Part shown: positions 59,114-64,000 of the stretch, piece after piece
Layout of the letters: each line of letters opens with the position of its first letter
How positions within the stretch are numbered: the first letter of the stretch is position 1
From: Candidatus Latescibacterota bacterium
GTDB lineage: Bacteria > Latescibacterota > UBA2968
DNA length: 64,000 nt
Direction of reading: 5' to 3'
NCBI GenBank assembly: GCA_965207885.1
Contig: OZ242311.1
Coordinates: forward strand, 5,344,001-5,408,000
Program-made: the position numbers and the translations under genes
The notes under the pieces: generated by a model
The model's database searches: none
Seen by the model: the letters and a program-made list of their open reading frames with translations, nothing else
Told to the model about the DNA's origin: nothing

Positions 59114-60550
59114 TTATTTTCGTTCACTTCTCACATAACGCGCCAGCAAGCTCAGATTCCGAATAAACGTGCGGCACGAAAGAATCTCCGCCTCAATGCG
59201 CTCGCGTCTATTCTCTGGATTTCTCAACGACCCCTGCTCGACCCAGCGACCCCGGTCATCGAGCGTATCAATAATTTCCCTCACGCGATCAGCACCCGGG
59301 TTTGTAATGCGCCCACGCTCAGATAAAATCTTCTCCCGCCCCTCTGCCCTGATGCGATTGTACAGAACCTCAACCCGCTCAATCCGATTCCCACTCACCT
59401 TAAACGCATAATGCGTGGGCAGATCCGAATCGTCATACGTAAGCACATAATCGCGGGTAAAAAACAGCGGCCGATTGGTCTGAAGCTCGTAAAACCGCGC
59501 CAGGCGACCATCGGGCAAAAGCGAGCGCTTTGCCCAATCCAGCGCCCTGGGAATCGGAACCAGAAAACGCGCCTCCCCAGTCGCCAAATACAAATCCAAA
59601 AGCACTTGCAAAACCCCAAAACTCTCGCCACCCGTAACAGAAGGCGGCTCAAAACGACGCGCCCAGGTCGGCTCCATATCCAAATTGTACTGCTGCGCCC
59701 ATGCGGGCTGTGGCTCGGGCATCTGCGCCAGAATAATAAAATCGCCACCCCGCTTAGCCGCATCGAGATAGCGGTCATCGCCGTAAACATCGTACGCCTC
59801 AACCATCGTCTCGATCACATCGGCAATCGCATTATCATTAAACGTATAATAATCCAAATAGCGCGTATTGGGATAGGTCCGCGACCACGTCTTGGGATAA
59901 CGCGCCTTCTTCACCGGAAACTTTTCCGGATCGGGAAAAGCCTCAAACCGCTGGGGCCACGCCCCATTTGGATACTGCGCCTTGAGAAGCGCATCGAGCC
60001 CAAATTGCACCGCCGCGTGAATCTCCTCATCCTCAAAATCTTGCACCTTATCCACCCGCATCAACAACTGCAACGCACTCTGCGTATTATTGTCGTCGAG
60101 CGTCGTGCGATTGCGGCGGTTCCCTGTATCGACATCGCCCCGATCGACATCTCGCCGAAAGTGCCAGCGCTTACTTCCCTCCGCATCAAAATCAATCCGA
60201 TAATCCCAACCCCCAGAAGCGAGTTGCCCCCACACAAGCGCGCGCGCCGCCTCAACAGCACCATTGAGAAACAGCGTATCGCCCGTAGCCTCATACGCCT
60301 CCAAAAACGCCATACCCACAGCAGGCGTACCCGGCGGCTGCACCCAGATCGTCGAAGGCGACGCCGTACCCTCGCCCTCGCGCATGGAAAAATCGGTCTT
60401 ATACCGCCACAAATAACCGCCATGAGTCGCAACATCGGTGCGGAAATAGCGCGTCGCCATAACCATCGCATCAATCGCAGCCCGATGAAGACTTTCATCC
60501 GCACCGAGCGGCGCACTGACCATCAGGAGCAAAACAAAAAAAAATTTCAT
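59114..60550 (-). CDS. Pectate lyase (PL10-like), secreted
   Basis: Signal peptide; TTLDDNNTQ, AQYPNGAWPQ, TFNDNA and WAQQY...P.WARRFEP motifs. Confidence 0.82.
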   Translation of the reverse strand: MKFFFVLLLMVSAPLGADESLHRAAIDAMVMATRYFRTDVATHGGYLWRYKTDFSMREGEGTASPSTIWVQPPGTPAVGMAFLEAYEATGDTLFLNGAVEAARALVWGQLASGGWDYRIDFDAEGSKRWHFRRDVDRGDVDTGNRRNRTTLDDNNTQSALQLLMRVDKVQDFEDEEIHAAVQFGLDALLKAQYPNGAWPQRFEAFPDPEKFPVKKARYPKTWSRTYPNTRYLDYYTFNDNAIADVIETMVEAYDVYGDDRYLDAAKRGGDFIILAQMPEPQPAWAQQYNLDMEPTWARRFEPPSVTGGESFGVLQVLLDLYLATGEARFLVPIPRALDWAKRSLLPDGRLARFYELQTNRPLFFTRDYVLTYDDSDLPTHYAFKVSGNRIERVEVLYNRIRAEGREKILSERGRITNPGADRVREIIDTLDDRGRWVEQGSLRNPENRRERIEAEILSCRTFIRNLSLLARYVRSERK

Positions 60551-60562
60551 AAAAACCTTTCT

Positions 60563-60593
60563 GGATTGCGGCTAAAACCCTGCCGCAATGACG
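60563..60593 (+). repeat. GGAT...ATGAC-type REP-like hairpin
   Basis: One mismatch from 37707-37737. Confidence 0.8.
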
Positions 60594-60728
60594 TACGCAC
60601 AACTCAGTAGTGACAGTTGCTTTTAACCCTTATCGCGCTGCAAGCTATCCCATTCACCTTCTGCGGTCAACCGCAAAATGTCCACATCAGTTGCGCTTTT
60701 AATCATTAGCATTTAAATTCAATTCACA

Positions 60729-61376
60729 ATGGACATCCTCTACCTCGACAATCACCTGCTGGTCGTACGCAAACCCGCTGGCCTGCTCGTACAGGGCAAC
60801 CACACCGGCGACAAAAACTTGCTGGACATGGGCAAAGCCTATCTCAAAGTCAAATTCAACAAACCCGGCAACGTATTTCTCGGACTCGTACACCGATTGG
60901 ACCGCCCAGTATCTGGCGTCGTCGTCTTTGCGCGCACATCGACATCAGCGCGCCGCTTATCGCAACAATTTCGAGAGCGAACCGTTGAAAAACGCTATAT
61001 CGCTCTCGTCCACGGCAAAACCCCCGAAAACGGCCATCTCGTAAACCACATCGCGCGGCGGCAGACAAAAAGCCGCATCGTAACCCCTCCTCATGGACAA
61101 CGCGCAGAACTCACGTACGAGCGACTGGCATACCGCAACGGCATATCCTCGGTGCGCGTGGACCTCGCCACCGGGCGCCATCATCAAATACGCGTACAAT
61201 TCGCGGACATAGGCCATCCCGTACTGGGCGATTTTAAATACGGATCGCGCAAACCATTTCCCAACCGCGCCATCGCCCTCCACGCACAGAGCCTGACCAT
61301 AATACACCCGACAAAAAAGGAACGCATGACCTTTGAAACCCGACCAGAAGCATTTTGGCCTAAATCTTTCACATAG
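60729..61376 (+). CDS. RluA-family pseudouridine synthase
   Basis: KPAGL, VHRLDRPVSG, TGRHHQIRVQ and GHPVLGD.KYG motifs. Confidence 0.93.
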   Translation: MDILYLDNHLLVVRKPAGLLVQGNHTGDKNLLDMGKAYLKVKFNKPGNVFLGLVHRLDRPVSGVVVFARTSTSARRLSQQFRERTVEKRYIALVHGKTPENGHLVNHIARRQTKSRIVTPPHGQRAELTYERLAYRNGISSVRVDLATGRHHQIRVQFADIGHPVLGDFKYGSRKPFPNRAIALHAQSLTIIHPTKKERMTFETRPEAFWPKSFT

Positions 61377-61396
61377 CTTTAGAGCACACCCCACTC

Positions 61397-62296
61397 ATGA
61401 CCGAACAAATAACCTATCGCAATCGCAAAACAGATGAAATGATCTCCGAACCGCTCATATTGCCCCGCATTCAATATGCTGTCGCGCGATCTCGTGTCGC
61501 AATATTTGTTTACAACATACTCCTGAACACATACCCATTTTGCTGGCTACTCGGCAAATGGATGGATCTGAAGGGATCGCGAAAAAAAATCCAGGCATTT
61601 GTACAAAAATACGACATCAACCTAGACGAAATCGAATTGCCCCTGAACCAATACAAAAATCTAAACGCCTTTTTCTCGCGCAAACTCAAACCCGACGCAC
61701 GCCCCTTTATCGCCGATTCCCACATCTTCTGTTCACCCGCCGATGGAAAAGTACTCGCATATCCCAAACTGAATGCACAAACCCGTTTACCCGTCAAAGG
61801 GTCCCATGTCGATATTGCACACCTTCTATCATCAAAAGAATCCGCAATCCCTTATAGAAATGGTGCTGCGCTCGTCATTCGATTGGCCCCGTCAGACTAC
61901 CACCGCTACCATTTTCCCGTTGCCGGCATCGCAACTGCATCTGCTAAAATCTCTGGGCGCTATTATCTCGTCAACCCCATTGCCCTCGACGTAAAACCCG
62001 ACTTATTTGCCCACAACAAACGCGAAGTAACATACCTCGAAACCGAACACTTTGGACGCATCATGATCATGGAAGTAGCGGGCTGGGGCGTGGGGCGCAT
62101 CGTCCAAACATACCAGCCGGGCAATGTAGAACGTGGGCAGGAAAAGGGCTATTTTCAATTTGGAGGATCTACTCTGGTACTCCTGTTTGAGCCTGGGCGC
62201 ATTGTCTTTGACAACGACCTCACCCGCGACACACAATCAGACATCGAAGTCCAGGTACACGCGGGATCACAACTGGGCGTGCAGGCCGTATCATGA
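61397..62296 (+). CDS. psd: Phosphatidylserine decarboxylase proenzyme
   Basis: FFSRKLK..ARP, SPADG, RLAPSDYHRYHFP and GYFQFGGST (self-cleavage site). Confidence 0.94.
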   Translation: MTEQITYRNRKTDEMISEPLILPRIQYAVARSRVAIFVYNILLNTYPFCWLLGKWMDLKGSRKKIQAFVQKYDINLDEIELPLNQYKNLNAFFSRKLKPDARPFIADSHIFCSPADGKVLAYPKLNAQTRLPVKGSHVDIAHLLSSKESAIPYRNGAALVIRLAPSDYHRYHFPVAGIATASAKISGRYYLVNPIALDVKPDLFAHNKREVTYLETEHFGRIMIMEVAGWGVGRIVQTYQPGNVERGQEKGYFQFGGSTLVLLFEPGRIVFDNDLTRDTQSDIEVQVHAGSQLGVQAVS

Positions 62297-62820
62297 ATCC
62301 GGAAACACCTTCCAAATTAATCGCACTATCGGGCCTGTTCTTTGCCTTTGGCATTGTAATCTATGCCATACACGCGCAATACGAAGTCGCCCTCATATCT
62401 CTGCTATTCGCCGCCCTGCTCAATATCTGGCGCGACCCAAAACACATCGCCCTCAACCGCCTCATTGCAATTTGCACCTATGGTTTTGCACCTGCTATCT
62501 TTGCCTATTGCTTTGGATTAAAAGGCCCCCTATCCGTCGCATTGCTCATCGGATACACAGGGGTTTACGCCATAAAATTATCAGACACAGACCGGGACGA
62601 AATGCCATCATCGGTATTACTCCTGCCGCTGGCATTCACAACGCGCTTTATCCTGCCCGACGAACGCGTTGGACAAATTTTATTCATCACATATCTTTTA
62701 ATAATCGTAGCCATGCTCCTCAACATACCAGCGCGCAAACCAAAAGCGATTGTATTTGCCTCGGGAATTGCAATACTCATCGCAAGCTACGCGTGGGCTA
62801 TCTGGACGGCAATGCAATAA
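62293..62820 (+). CDS. Membrane protein resembling PssA/CDP-alcohol phosphatidyltransferase but lacking the catalytic motif
   Basis: Helix pattern and YGFAPA / AIKLS correspond to PssA FGVAPA / ALRLA; no DxxDGxxAR...GxxxDxxxD; ATGA overlap with psd. Confidence 0.55.
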   Translation: MNPETPSKLIALSGLFFAFGIVIYAIHAQYEVALISLLFAALLNIWRDPKHIALNRLIAICTYGFAPAIFAYCFGLKGPLSVALLIGYTGVYAIKLSDTDRDEMPSSVLLLPLAFTTRFILPDERVGQILFITYLLIIVAMLLNIPARKPKAIVFASGIAILIASYAWAIWTAMQ

Positions 62821-62842
62821 ACCTTTAACCCCAAAATATCCT

Positions 62843-64000
62843 ATGCCAACAATCAACCTCATCACCCTCGGCTGCCCCAAAAACACCGTCGATTCCGAGC
62901 GCATGCATCACCTCCTCAAGCTCAACGGCTACGACCTCTCGGACGACGCAGAAGACGCCGACATCATCGTCGTCAACACCTGCGGATTCATCGAACCAGC
63001 CAAAGAAGAATCAATAGCAACAGTAATGGACGCCGCAGAATACAAAAAAAATGGACGATGTCGCGGCGTCATCGTCACGGGCTGCCTGGCCGAGCGATAC
63101 CGAACAGAATTGGAAACCGAACTCGTCGAAGCAGACAAGATCGTGGACCTTGCTGGCGAACGCGAAATCGTCGCACACTGCGATAACCTGTTGGGCACAT
63201 CGCGCATACACACCATCCGAGATGCTGAAGCGCGCCATCTCCTCACCCCAAAACACTGGGCGTACTTGCGAATCTCGGACGGATGCGACAGAACATGTGC
63301 ATTTTGCGCCATCCCGAGCTTTCGCGGAAAAAACAAAAGCGAAAACCTGGACCGCCTCATCGCCGAAGCCTATCGCATGGTCGGCAACGGCGTGCGCGAA
63401 ATCGCCCTTATCGCCCAGGACACCATGCGATATGGCGCAGATCTGTACGGCAAACCCCGGCTGATAGACCTGATAGAAGAACTGATCCAAATCGAGAAAC
63501 TCGACTGGGTGCGAATGTTATACGCATATCCAACCGGTTGGCGCAATGAACTCATCGACCTCCTGGCGACCGAAGAAAAATTGTGTGCCTACATCGACCT
63601 GCCCATCCAGCACGCATCAGACCCCCTACTAAAAGCCATGAACCGGGGCACCACAAAAGCGGGCATTCGAAAACTGATCCACACCTTGCGCGAACGCATC
63701 CCAAATCTGACCATCCGATCATCAATCATCACCGGATTTCCCGGCGAACGCGATGAACACTTTGCAGAACTCATGGACTTTGTCGATGAAATGCAATTCA
63801 ACCGCCTCGTCGGATTCACCTATTCGCACGAAGAAAATACGCAGGCAGGCGCACTGCAAGACGACGTACCCGAAGACATCAAGCGCGAACGGTTAAACGA
63901 CCTCATGGCATTGCAGGCGCAAATATCGGGCGAATTAAACGCTGCACACATAGGACGCACCTTCAAAGTACTCGTAGATGAAATCTCAGACGACCCGGCA
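62843..64000 (+). CDS. rimO: Ribosomal protein S12 methylthiotransferase RimO (runs off the window)
   Basis: Not in the ORF track. Reads MPTINLITLGCPKNTVDSE, VNTCGFIEPAKEESI, AYLRISDGCDRTCAFCAIP, YAYP, YIDLPIQH. Confidence 0.93.
   Translation, partial: MPTINLITLGCPKNTVDSERMHHLLKLNGYDLSDDAEDADIIVVNTCGFIEPAKEESIATVMDAAEYKKNGRCRGVIVTGCLAERYRTELETELVEADKIVDLAGEREIVAHCDNLLGTSRIHTIRDAEARHLLTPKHWAYLRISDGCDRTCAFCAIPSFRGKNKSENLDRLIAEAYRMVGNGVREIALIAQDTMRYGADLYGKPRLIDLIEELIQIEKLDWVRMLYAYPTGWRNELIDLLATEEKLCAYIDLPIQHASDPLLKAMNRGTTKAGIRKLIHTLRERIPNLTIRSSIITGFPGERDEHFAELMDFVDEMQFNRLVGFTYSHEENTQAGALQDDVPEDIKRERLNDLMALQAQISGELNAAHIGRTFKVLVDEISDDPA

Overview
Bacterial chromosomal window. The lineage is probably an FCB-related, possibly sponge-associated one; this is inferred only from the FlgD-Ig C-terminal sorting domain, the ankyrin/TPR/Calx-beta proteins, orphan MacB-type permeases and PhyH/AKR-type enzymes. 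Housekeeping and metabolic genes (TAXI solute-binding protein, eno, 1-Cys peroxiredoxin, CoA-transferase/crotonase, PL10 lyase, pseudouridine synthase, psd, rimO) are interleaved with accessory DNA. (i) A ~17 kb type I R-M defence locus: hsdM is intact, while hsdS and hsdR each carry one in-frame stop. Its cargo is a split REase-TPR-PIN giant protein, an orphan RHH antitoxin, a TIGR04255/acidic/HEPN triad and an RloA/RloB pair, and a three-unit 28-nt palindrome mini-array lies between hsdM and hsdS. (ii) Two apparently identical 1198-bp IS4-family elements. (iii) A sigma54-promoter-driven, frameshifted Calx-beta adhesin next to a membrane-less beta-propeller/Y_Y_Y/sigma54 activator. (iv) A cluster of orphan antitoxins whose toxins are reduced to stubs, next to an IS605-type TnpB element. 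(v) Two places where diverged flanking sequences are duplicated around different cargo genes, suggesting cassette accretion without an integrase. A PssA-like protein lacking its catalytic motif follows psd. All family calls come from motif recognition by eye; no database searches were run.
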